From the NCBI RefSeq assembly GCF_001194135.2, contig NC_068995.1:22040241-22104240 (forward strand): a DNA stretch of 64,000 nt. The letters run 5' to 3'. Below, one piece after another: positions 40,301 to 52,439 of the stretch; positions within the stretch are counted from its first letter, which is position 1; every line of letters starts with the position of its first letter. This stretch comes from Octopus bimaculoides (Eukaryota). Both the position numbers and the translations under genes were made by a program. Under the pieces are notes generated by a model. That model searched no databases and was not told where the DNA came from. It worked only from the letters and a program-made list of their open reading frames with translations.

Positions 40301-40445
40301 CTCTAGAACAATATTATGTGCAAAACTAAATATATGACACCCTATGTATAACATCAACATGAACTTCTAAATTGTTGTCTCTTGGGGTCTCTGGGTGAGA
40401 CTTGGAGTCAACTTGTACAAATACAAAAAAGTCAAACATAGAATA
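37380..40445 (+). mobile_element. Near-complete but decayed R4/Dong-like retrotransposon
   Basis: IKQKVCAKAARIARYEKR; YRPIACLTTMYKIL; GIFQGDSLSP; HMDDLK; MHHPRADVERLYLPRKEGDRG; LLWNFTIQTDRKIHANRPHI..LLIDM; MGTAHILRKILSM*; then 3'UTR and an (AAC/AAT)n tail. Confidence 0.9.
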
Positions 40446-40493
40446 ATAATAACAACAACAACAACAACAACAACGACGACGACGATAATGATG

Positions 40494-40552
<59 letters not shown>

Positions 40553-40556
40553 CATC

Positions 40557-40603
<47 letters not shown>

Positions 40604-40622
40604 CATAATAATAATAATAATG
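40442..40622. repeat. (AAC)/(AAT)n microsatellite tail
   Basis: Read directly from the sequence. Confidence 0.95.
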
Positions 40623-42412
40623 ATAGACGTTTTTAATTTAGACACAATTTCATCTATGTTGAACATAGAGTATTATTCGATTCCTTTTTGAGTCCAGTAC
40701 TTTACTGGTGCTATTATGTAATTCAGAATACAAATGAGATATATGAAATTAAAAACAATACATACATATATAACTATGCGACAAAATATACAACTCGGTG
40801 ATACCTCCAGAAAAATTTACACTCTAACGTCCGAAACTGACGAGATAATAATCTAGGAATGTACTATACAGTACACGAAACTTTAATAAACAGCATAAAA
40901 AGCCAGATTAATTGTCATATGAAAAACGTTCGACTTCCATTAATGCAGGATAAATAAATTGACTCTCATGGGATTAAGCATTATTCAATCATTCAATTTT
41001 TTAATATTTTTCCACAAATCTTTCCCCTTACGTTTCATTCTCTGTACTGAAATAGTGATTTATTTAACGCAAATTACTTTGCTATCAGTAATATTATATA
41101 GAAAATCTTTACAGTCATTCATGTATGAAATTATAAAAAGACTTTGTCATGATCGTTATGAAATTACGCAAAGATATTTGTTATTATACTTCACATATTG
41201 ATAATGCATGTTATAAATAGAGTGCAATGTATCTACAGTATTTTATGTTACCATTTAAACCTATCATAGACGCAAACATCAAAACATCTGAATGTAAGCA
41301 ACATGGTCTTGAAATAGAATCCCAATATAACATAGGAATAAATTATTGATGCAATATGATATTGCATACTCTACTTATCTGGAATTTATCGTCGTGGTTC
41401 TGTCCAATAAAATAATATTTAGTGTACAGAATAATTCATGTCTCCTAAAACGAACTCTGGAGCTTCTCACTAGCAAATATTTGGAAGCTTTGCAAATGAA
41501 TTTACATACATTACTCAAGTGAGAGTAAAATAAAGGAAATCTGCAATATATCATATCATTTATATTTCAACTACTTTATTTGCTCAGCTGGAAGCAGCAA
41601 TCCACTATTAACAGGGAATTCAATGGAGTACAAATATATTGTATTACACTCGCCTTCACGCACTTTATAGCAAATCATAAAAGTTCCAAAAGCCACCATA
41701 AAACATTTAATTTCAATCCTGTAACGGTATAACAACGCAGGTGGCTATCTAGAGGAATATTAACCTTAATGATATGACACTTAAGCGAAAGCATTTTATA
41801 GATATGTAGAAACATATACCTGAGATTACACCAATGTGGGGATTTTGTTCCATATACAGATGCAGTATCTACTATCAGGAGGCAATACAAACAACATGGT
41901 TTTCATTTCCGTTCATTTTGCAATAGTACAGAATACATTTATGTTAATGATTTCTAGGATATGCCTATAAAGACCCACGAAATAATGTCAACGTTTATGT
42001 AATGTTAAATTACAAAATTGTTTCGCTATTGAAGAGAAACATTAGGATATAACATTCGTCTCTAACAGTATCATAGTAAATAACTGTTGAAGGTTTATAC
42101 CGGTGACTGAGATCATTTCGAGCTAGGAATAAAAAAAAACTGGGATGGACATTTCTAGTATTCCCATACACTTCTTTTTATATGACTCTATATTCTGTAT
42201 TGTGTTTCTACCTCCAAATATAATTACATCTATCCACTAACATTACGTCCCTTCTATACAACTGAACAAACTTCATACAATTTGATTGATCATTTATATA
42301 TCCAGAATATCCTACTCCTTTGTGCCCTTCCTATAACTTTCCTGAAGTTATTTCATTCGGGTGATTAAAAGCATATCTGTATCATGTAGTATTACTAGTA
42401 TAACCGTGATAC

Positions 42413-42670
42413 TTTATAATCAGCAATCTGATATGAAAATCTGATATACGACTTGGTATCGGTGGTCTTAAACTCATACATGAATAGGTGGAGCGTAATC
42501 ACTTCCAACTTAATCACACTCAGTCCAAGGCACAGACAACCAGCAAGAGCTGATGCCAATGAGAGAACTACAATGAGACCACTAGACCACATGGGAAGAA
42601 TAACTCAGTATCCGCCACCATTTACTTTTCAGAATGGGTTGATATATTCCACAATGTAGTCTTCGAAGCA
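42413..42670 (-). CDS. Candidate host exon with a signal-peptide-like start (unverified)
   Basis: Acceptor TTTTACTTTTTTTCTGATTTAG at 42671, ATG at 42592 (MWSSGLIVVLSLASALAGCLCLG..), possible donor AAA|GTATCA. No homology recognised. Confidence 0.25.
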
Positions 42671-42954
42671 CTAAATCAGAAAAAAAGTAAAACACTGTGA
42701 TGATGTAGAGAGGGAGAATGTTGTTCCAATTTAATTTTCAAAATCACGGCCGCGGCAACTTTAAGTAGTTAACAGTGTCAACTGATAATCCTAAGTAGTG
42801 TTTCATTAGTTAAGAGGTTAAAGTTCAAACACCTAGATGTTTTAAGTAGAATGAAGCTGAAAATCGACGAAAATTCCCATTACTTCGAATGTGTTAAGGA
42901 ACTCCATTTTTATGTATGTATATACTATCTACGCAAGATGTATGTATGCATATA

Positions 42955-43832
42955 NNNNNNNNNNNNNNNNNNNNNNNNNNNNNNNNNNNNNNNNNNNNNN
43001 NNNNNNNNNNNNNNNNNNNNNNNNNNNNNNNNNNNNNNNNNNNNNNNNNNNNNNNNNNNNNNNNNNNNNNNNNNNNNNNNNNNNNNNNNNNNNNNNNNNN
43101 NNNNNNNNNNNNNNNNNNNNNNNNNNNNNNNNNNNNNNNNNNNNNNNNNNNNNNNNNNNNNNNNNNNNNNNNNNNNNNNNNNNNNNNNNNNNNNNNNNNN
43201 NNNNNNNNNNNNNNNNNNNNNNNNNNNNNNNNNNNNNNNNNNNNNNNNNNNNNNNNNNNNNNNNNNNNNNNNNNNNNNNNNNNNNNNNNNNNNNNNNNNN
43301 NNNNNNNNNNNNNNNNNNNNNNNNNNNNNNNNNNNNNNNNNNNNNNNNNNNNNNNNNNNNNNNNNNNNNNNNNNNNNNNNNNNNNNNNNNNNNNNNNNNN
43401 NNNNNNNNNNNNNNNNNNNNNNNNNNNNNNNNNNNNNNNNNNNNNNNNNNNNNNNNNNNNNNNNNNNNNNNNNNNNNNNNNNNNNNNNNNNNNNNNNNNN
43501 NNNNNNNNNNNNNNNNNNNNNNNNNNNNNNNNNNNNNNNNNNNNNNNNNNNNNNNNNNNNNNNNNNNNNNNNNNNNNNNNNNNNNNNNNNNNNNNNNNNN
43601 NNNNNNNNNNNNNNNNNNNNNNNNNNNNNNNNNNNNNNNNNNNNNNNNNNNNNNNNNNNNNNNNNNNNNNNNNNNNNNNNNNNNNNNNNNNNNNNNNNNN
43701 NNNNNNNNNNNNNNNNNNNNNNNNNNNNNNNNNNNNNNNNNNNNNNNNNNNNNNNNNNNNNNNNNNNNNNNNNNNNNNNNNNNNNNNNNNNNNNNNNNNN
43801 NNNNNNNNNNNNNNNNNNNNNNNNNNNNNNNN
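42955..43832. other. Largest assembly gap (one of about 20 N-runs, mostly flanked by (TA)n)
   Basis: N-run; ORFs spanning gaps are artefacts. Confidence 0.99.
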
Positions 43833-43882
<50 letters not shown>

Positions 43883-45413
43883 GACACAAACACACGCGCG
43901 CGCATGTGTGTATGTGTGTGTGTACATGCATAGACAATCGGATGACATACCAAGCATTTTAAGCGACATATTTGACAATGTTGTTAAACGGACAATGATA
44001 GACAGTAAGACTGCTGTCTTCTGATAAAGGTGCTTTCACTGGAATATCTGGATATCAAAATGAAGCCGTTATAAATAAGATAAAATGCATAAGAAAGCAA
44101 TGAGAACTCACGGCTAAGATATCAAATAGTTAAGATTTCAGATGTGAACCAAAACAAATCCACAGCCGTTGGATTAGTAGCAATAGACAATATTTCTCAA
44201 AACTCTTTTCAATTGAGGCCATACAAATAGGGTAGACGAGATGTATCTCTAGACCAGTGAACTAATGTTGAAAAACATGGCGATTACTATCAGACGCTGT
44301 TTTTTATTGTTTTTTTTTTTTCATAGTAAACAAGTAATGAGATTAAATGCTACATCTAAAGATGCAGAAGTGAGTTCATCATGATAAGCAGATGCATCAA
44401 TTTAATTCGGTTAATAATTTTGTAACATAGCTTAGTGGATGCTTATATTTGAAAGGAGTTATTAAACTTACTTTTTCACCTTCCATACTTACCTTTTTAA
44501 AATTCAGTTTTAAAATCCAGGCTCCGTTGTTTATCATAATATTCAAGAGCTTTTTTCTCTCCAAGTCATTGTTTCATTGCAAACTTGAGTTTAAAAATTG
44601 ATTTCAAATTTTAAACAGACTGACTTCAAGACTCAGAGTATTTATATTTTAAAGCATGTTGAAAATATTCACCCTACATTCGATATTTCAATGAGTCTTC
44701 ATGTTATCTGCGGTTCTTGGTATGCAGCAAAATAACATTTAAATCCATCAAATACAACCGTGAGATTTAGTTATTCGTCATTAAACATTTTCTTGCAGGC
44801 TCGTATTTCAAAACTACTTTCCTTTACCTGTAAACAAATTCTTTCAAAATTAATATATCTAATCATCCACATTTTATATTATTCATTGTGAATATTCAAG
44901 TAATTGATACCAATGCCCATCACATGTATTAAGTATAACATATATTTGTTAATACTACATGAATATCAATATTAGACACCTAATAACATACGAACGTATA
45001 CGCATATAAAGGAGCACAGAATAAAAATATGTGAAGTTAGACATATTTGTATATGAAATATTGTTTAATGTTTTAATCGATAAAGAAAAAAATGTAATGC
45101 GATATACTTTTATTGCGAAATATTGAATTAAGGAAATCATTTTTAAGTGCAATGCACAAAGAATTCGAGCTACGTTTTATATCACCAGTTTTTACATTAA
45201 TCCAACATCCATCATCCTGGTTTCCATGTAATAATTTCACTCGTGTCCTGTAACATCGCAATCCATTTACAGATCTTTTATTGGGTTTCAAAATCAAAGC
45301 ATAGCAAGTATTTGATATTGGGAAATGGAAAGAAATATCAACAAAGGCGTCATTTGCCAGCTTACAAGAAAATATCGCTTTGCATTTCTGATTTATACGC
45401 ACGCACACACACA

Positions 45414-45466
<53 letters not shown>

Positions 45467-46660
45467 NNNNNNNNNNNNNNNNNNNNNNNNNNNNNNNNNN
45501 NNNNNNNNNNNNNNNNNNNNNNNNNNNNNNNNNNNNNNNNNNNNNNNNNNNNNNNNNNNNNNNNNNNNNNNNNNNNNNNNNNNNNNNNNNNNNNNNNNNN
45601 NNNNNNNNNNNNNNNNNNNNNNNNNNNNNNNNNNNNNNNNNNNNNNNNNNNNNNNNNNNNNNNNNNNNNNNNNNNNNNNNNNNNNNNNNNNNNNNNNNNN
45701 NNNNNNNNNNNNNNNNNNNNNNNNNNNNNNNNNNNNNNNNNNNNNNNNNNNNNNNNNNNNNNNNNNNNNNNNNNNNNNNNNNNNNNNNNNNNNNNNNNNN
45801 NNNNNNNNNNNNNNNNNNNNNNNNNNNNNNNNNNNNNNNNNNNNNNNNNNNNNNNNNNNNNNNNNNNNNNNNNNNNNNNNNNNNNNNNNNNNNNNNNNNN
45901 NNNNNNNNNNATATATAGAGAGAGAGAGAGAGAGAAATAGAGAGAGAGAGCAATCTTTAGATGTATGTGTATCTCTACGTATATCTACTGTTATGTATGT
46001 GGAAATTTCTCGTAAGACACTATGTCAAATGTTTAGAATTCAGGACTATAAAAATTTATAGAAAATTGCTTGAAGAAATACTACAAAATGACAAGTATTA
46101 CAACAATATGCATATACATATATACACACACAAGTATAAATATGTGTGTATCTATGTTTATGTGCACGCGCGCATGTGTGCGTATTTGCACTCATGTGTG
46201 TCTACATACATTCATGTAGGATAATGATACATCAAGATAAAATTATTGGTAAAATATGAAAATTTCCCAGCTGTAACCTGGAGCTTCTATGTTGCTAGTG
46301 GGAGAGTAAAAAAAAAAAAAAAAATTACATCTTTGATGTCTTTTTTATGAAATGAAAGGCTTCGGAAGCATTAGTTTGAGTTTGAAATACGAATTAAGAG
46401 AATGTTTTAGATGTTAGTTTTATAGGGGAAATGTATGAGTAATAAAATATAAGACATGTAATAAATAAAAGATAATCTAGCGCTAAGACACTAAACTCTA
46501 GATACGTAGACATATAAATCTCCTATACGAAAATGTAAATGAATGAATGCGAGTACATTCATATATGCATGTGTATTTGATATTATATATATGTACATAT
46601 AATATAGTGTAGTTTAATATTCATATACATATATACGTATATATGTATATACACACAATG

Positions 46661-46706
<46 letters not shown>

Positions 46707-46819
46707 TCTTGGAAATGGATACGTAGCGTTCGATCATATAATAATATAAATAATATATATACATACATATATGCACATACCTACATATATATGTATATAT
46801 ATATATATATATATATAAA

Positions 46820-47389
46820 GATATGAGTATCGGACGTCAACAAAACGTGAAAAAAATGAAAAACGGAACATAAAAAACAAAAACATGGAAAACCAACTTT
46901 TTTTCGAACAACGAAAGAAACAAATAGAGAAACGAGACAGGTAACACAAAGAACAACCCTTTCTTCAGTTGTCCCCTGTTTTATCTACTTCGCGTTTCGA
47001 ACGTTGGAACAAGAAGCAAATTAAATAAAATGTGTGATTTTGCGGAGGGTTAATGTGGTAACAAAAACAGGACAGTAACAACAAAACAGCAACAACAAAC
47101 GGTAAGAGCTGTTAAGTCATAACGAGGTGAAGTGATAAACGCTGGAGAAAGGAGCTATGAGAAGATACAGGCAAAAGTAGGTCTTGTCTCTTGTAATGCA
47201 AGGGCAAGAAAGAACGATAGCCGCTGGTCACATGTGAGAAACAAGAGAGTCAATGAGGAAGAGTGAGGAGGAGAGATGGCAGAAAGAGAACGGTGAAGAG
47301 GAGGGGAAGAAAAACAAAAAGAAAGAAGAATAGAGAAACGAGCAGTTGTCACCTGTTTTATCTACTCCGCATTTCGAAGATTATTGTAC

Positions 47390-47390
<1 letters not shown>
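46820..47390 (-). mobile_element. PLE-terminus-like repeat with internal direct repeat
   Basis: 36-bp direct repeat (46966-47001 vs 47343-47378). Pyrimidine-rich minus strand with CTGAAGAAGGG and TTCGAAAC motifs, resembling 52520-52880. Confidence 0.45.
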
Positions 47391-47442
<52 letters not shown>

Positions 47443-48565
47443 NNNNNNNNNNNNNNNNNNNNNNNNNNNNNNNNNNNNNNNNNNNNNNNATATAATTTAT
47501 ATTATTATATGATCAAATGCCACACATCCATTTCCACAGCTGGTGCTGTAGAATTTACAGATGGGGAAGAGGTAAAGAAAAAAAAAAGGCATCTCATTGC
47601 AGAACTTCGAACCCTGCTTCGAAAAGTGGAAAACGCGTCATGACCGATGCATTGCTTCAAATGGAGAATACTTTCCGGAGATTAAAGTGTAACCATGTAA
47701 AACTAGTGAATAAAATAACACTATAAAATTCCGATTTCTTGTCGGTACCCTCTCGTATAAGTTTGCAATGTGTCAAATATAAATGTTGATGAATGATATT
47801 TAGGTTAATAATGCCAACTGCCACAGCTATATTTATTTAATATTCTGCACATAATCTTGTGAATAAGAAATAATCTTATAGGCAATAAAGAAATGAATAT
47901 TTATGCGAGTGAATTTTAAATGAGAAATAATAGTGTAAATTATTCTAATGGTTTATGTATTCATATTATGAATTCAGACCATCTTAAACTAAGAGAAATT
48001 AGATATGATACTTTATTTAAAAAATGGTCCTGCGAAGGGTTTGATGATATTTTCTTGTATAATATATATGTATTGAATTTAAATGATTTTAGTTTGGATA
48101 TTACAAAATATTACATTTTATTTAAAATATATCAAATCACAGTTTAACATAATATACTAAAACTCAAAAATAAACTTTTATAAGCGTCCTGACTAGCGAG
48201 ATTATGGATCTATCATTAAGATCATACTCATTCTATTATAGACATTAAGAAAAACGAGTAATTGCGTCGAATACACACACATATATGCATACACGCACAC
48301 ACAAACATACGCACACACAAACACACGCACACACATAATTTTAGAGCACTTTGCGCTAATCCTCGGTGATGGGTACTCATCCGCTAGAAATACCAGTAGT
48401 TCATTCCAAGTTGCAATATCTAGAAAATTAGTGACACCCAGTCATTGAGCTTGCGTAAGAGACGAAAGCAGTAACTATACTAAGAAGTAATGTTTGTCGC
48501 CACTTCAACATGGCTGTTCCCCAGGAACCGACGTTTCTGCCATTTTAACTCCAGGAGTACACCTC

Positions 48566-48627
<62 letters not shown>

Positions 48628-48659
48628 TAATAATAACAATGATAATAATAATACTTTAA

Positions 48660-49013
48660 AAGGATCCACGTAACTCTTGACAAAGTTAAACAGACAAGAC
48701 GAAGAGCGCGATTCGATTGCAATAGGTATTTTATTGGTTGAGCATTATTTCGCCAGCAAGTCTGGCTTTGTCGAGTTCAAAAAAAAAAAGTGATAAAAAT
48801 TCAAAATTATTGTAATTCAAATATGAACGAGAACAACCAGCATCCACACTTTGATGAAATGACATCATCAGTCTTTAAGTTCCAATTTTATAACTGGCGA
48901 AAAGAAAAAGACAGAAAAAAGGAAATATCGTTCAACCAATAAAATATCTATTGCAATCGCATCTCGCTCTTCGTCTTGTATGATTACCATTGTGGAGAGT
49001 TACGTCAATCCTT
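48660..49013. mobile_element. Kolobok-like MITE (354 bp, TTAA TSD)
   Basis: TTAA|AAGGATCCACGTAACTC ... GAGTTACGTCAATCCTT|TTAA, with an internal 48-bp inverted repeat (3 mismatches). TTAA plus RR..YY termini is the Kolobok signature. Confidence 0.75.
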
Positions 49014-49757
49014 TTAAAATATCAAAATCAAGTAGATTGAGAAGAGGATTGATTTGATATTGCACCGAATAAGTGTTACAACATATAGAAATTCTGGAAG
49101 TTACCGAAACAGTCGGGTGTCTAAGGAAAATCATAATGTAAGTTATAGCTTTTGCGTTTTATTCTGTCTACAGTTGGCTTGTCAGGCCTGTTAGTTTCGC
49201 TAGACCTCAGTGTTGATCCCAATCCAGGCCCAATGGATTATGTACTATTCAACTACGAATCAGAAAATGAGAAATCGACATTTCTATCAGTTAAAAACCC
49301 TAATCATTTTTGTGCTAAAATCAAAAGCCATTTATCATTTCTGGAAACATGCAAACCAGAAAAAGTTATACCGGAGGGTCTTACAACAAATATACTAATG
49401 TGTGTATTACAGCCGCCTGACGATTCATTGCTTCAAATATTTTAATCTTCGCGGGAGAGAAATTCATTTAACATAATGGGAGCTATTATTGCACACAATT
49501 GTTAAAAATTTGTATTGCTTGGTGCAGACATTAAGGAAATTTTGAGTATCCTTGAACAGGCATGTTTTCCTAAAAATCGTTTGAACTATTTGAGCATGTG
49601 TTTGATGGACTTTGAAAAAATGGAAATGTCGGCCCTGAATGCAGAAAAAAAAGAAAAGAAGCTGAAAAAGCTGCTTTCCCATTCCTTTGAGCCAGTGGGC
49701 AAAAGAACATTTTGGTTGAGAGCACTTGCTTTGAAATATAAGTCGGTTTTACTTTAG

Positions 49758-50205
49758 GGACAAATGTTATGTGACGAACTTATTGACGCCGGGTAGAAAA
49801 TCCTAAAATTCAAATACAACCAACCACTTTTTCTCACACAGAATTTCTAACATACCGTCAACTCCACACACTGTTCATTCATCATACCAGGAATAAACAT
49901 TTTGTTTTGTCGACCAATTTTTTCGGAGATGTTTATAATTATGTCAGTTTCAACATATCAATACCACAGGAATTAATAACACAAATAACAATGCTGTACT
50001 TACCACAAACAAACATAATTCATACAGTTTAAGAAGTTCGTATAACTAATCCCTAAGTTGGCGATTATGATTGTGGCCTTTTCGCCCTGGCGTTTGAACT
50101 GGTCATTGGAAACGCTGCAGAAAAATTTTTATTTGATCAGTCAAAAATGCGAGCACATTTAAGATTTTGCCTAGAAAACAATAAATTTGTTCCTTTCCCG
50201 AAAGT
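49758..50205 (+). pseudogene. Ulp1/SENP (peptidase C48)-like domain remnant inside the PLE ORF
   Basis: GQMLCDELIDAG*KILK; IHHTRNKHFVLST (His codon at 49898); P*VGDYDCGLFALA (Cys codon at 50072, in frame with the His); FDQSKMRAHLRFCLENNKFVPFP. Confidence 0.75.
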
Positions 50206-50891
50206 AAAGGTTTTTAAAATGCCTACGATAACCACAGAGTCACTCACTTGTTATCACCCATCAAGAAATGGATTACTCTGAGGAAGATGACTAAAAATTA
50301 TGACATCTCACAAATGTTATCTCTCAATAGATTCCATGTTTCAAGTGAATATTCCGAGTAAAGCCAAAGAAAGTAGTCAGGGATCTAATGTGAGTAAGAC
50401 TCTGAAAACAACTTGTCCAAGAAAATCCATCACACAGAGAATAAGTCGGTCATAAATATATCTAAACTCAGTCTTGGAGCTTAGACAATGTTTCTGTCTA
50501 AGCACTAAGAATTTCAACAAGAATAAACTAGCTCAATGGCTATTTCAGTTTGTCCGCTTTCATAAGCTGAAAGAATATTTTTTGAAAAAACTAGGAACGA
50601 GGAGTCAGAGAACACTATGCTTATAGAAAATAAAAATGACGATGATAGAATCTGGCATAATTGGATTGAAAATAATCTCAAATGTTATCCAGATAAAGTT
50701 TGGGATGGACGTTCACAAGCACTACTGGAATTTCTTGAATCAGGCAGGCATTAGGGAAAACCTTAAAACAAGTGGAAAGAAGTCGTGGAATAACCTCACA
50801 AATACTCAACGTCATGCACTCCGAGGTCTAACTAATAAAGAATCTATTGTTAATAAAATGGCAAATAATGGAGGTGCTATCATGATTATGA

Positions 50892-51066
50892 AGAAAAGTT
50901 CTGAGTTCAAATTCTGCCGGGGTCGACTTTGCCTTTCATCCTTTCGGGGTCGATAAATTAAGTACCAGTTACGCACTGGGGTCGATATAATCGACTTAAT
51001 CCGTTTGTCTGTCATTGTTTGACCCCTCTGCGTGTAGCCCCTTGTGGGCAGTAAAGAAATAAGAAA
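50892..51066 (+). mobile_element. 5'-truncated SINE inside the PLE RT
   Basis: GAGTTCAAATTCTGCC..CTTTGCCTTTCATCCTTTCGGGGTCGATAAATTAAGTACCAG, the same family as 21474; tail AAAGAAATAAGAAA. Confidence 0.9.
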
Positions 51067-52212
51067 GTATTCCATCAAATGTTCTCTGTAGGTTATTGAG
51101 GATTGTGTTAGAAATTAACACAATGAAGTTTGGATAAAAACTTTACCACCTGACGGGGTTGCGCCATGGAAACCCCGTAGCAGTCAATTTCGCTAATGTC
51201 TTCATGACGAAATTTGAGACACAGTTCCTGAAGACATTGAAATCCGTACATGGTGATGAAGCAATACTGTGGTTACGGTTCATTGATGACGTTTTTTTTT
51301 TTCTTTTTGTCTTGGAAGGGTCACAATATAGGTTAATTCACTTTTTGTATTTCTGTCTTTGTTATGGTAAAACTATGGCTTTAACTTCAACATAAAATTT
51401 AAGTCTAGTTTTTCAAAAATAGTGTTGAATTTTTGGACACAAAAGTTAAGTTTTCTGGAGAATTGTGAGAGAATTGTTTTGTATGCCCACGTCTTCCCAC
51501 ATTTACATCCACCACCGCACCGTCATCCACATCATATAATTCGGTCAAATCCGAACTACTGACCTCTGTATCTGACTCCAAGAAAACATTGGAGTATTTG
51601 GACGCTGTGCCTTGAAAAGAAATCCACATGAGAGGTAAGCTATGTTCATTGTGCAACAAAATGATTCAAGTGAATTCCATCAAGAATTATAATAGAAATG
51701 TTATGATTATACAGAAGATAGGACACGTATAGATTCCCATTTGGTGTACACGACAGGATGCGCGAAAGACAACTCGATATATGTTAGTTGTGCAGCATAA
51801 CAATTAAACAAATGATTTAATTGACATAGACATAAAGTCAGGTACAATAACAGTAGTTCAACAGAACTTGCCGAACATTTTTCCTTAAACGGCAACAATT
51901 TTTAAAAAGCAGAAAACATTCTGAAACTGCTTCACTTTAAATACTCAAAATGCATGCGGAGAAATATGTTTGCGGGGTATTAACGTCACGCCCTGGAGGA
52001 ATGAATAAAATGGCAGGAGAATGTCACCAAATTACACAAAACTGTTTGATTACATATTCTTCTTTTTTTCCTTCTCTTTTTTCTTTCCTTTTTTTCTCTC
52101 CTTTTCTCTGTCTTTTTCTTCTCACCAGTTTGCTCACTTATCTATGTGTGTTTATGTGGGTATGTATATATTCCTACATCTGCGTGAAGGTGAAAATATA
52201 TANNNNNNNNNN

Positions 52213-52246
<34 letters not shown>

Positions 52247-52336
52247 ATACATGTATATATATTCTTTGTCTAATTACATTATTGAACACACACGTACTTT
52301 TTTGCAAGTAAGTCTACTTTATTATTCTGACGTAAC

Positions 52337-52411
<75 letters not shown>

Positions 52412-52439
52412 ATCTATCTTTCTATCTATTTATCTATCT

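Larger units (their letters stand above)
49152..52013 (+). mobile_element. Decayed Penelope-like element (RT + C-terminal GIY-YIG) carrying a Ulp1/C48-like protease domain
   Basis: In order: HLSFLETCKPEKVIPEGL; KKEKKLKKLL; Ulp1-like block (49758-50205); VINISK; KLKEYF; NLTNTQRHALRGL..KMANNGGAIMIM; GLRHGNPVAVNFANVFM; WLRFIDDVF; VEFLDTKV; TELAEHF; PGGMNK. Confidence 0.8.
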
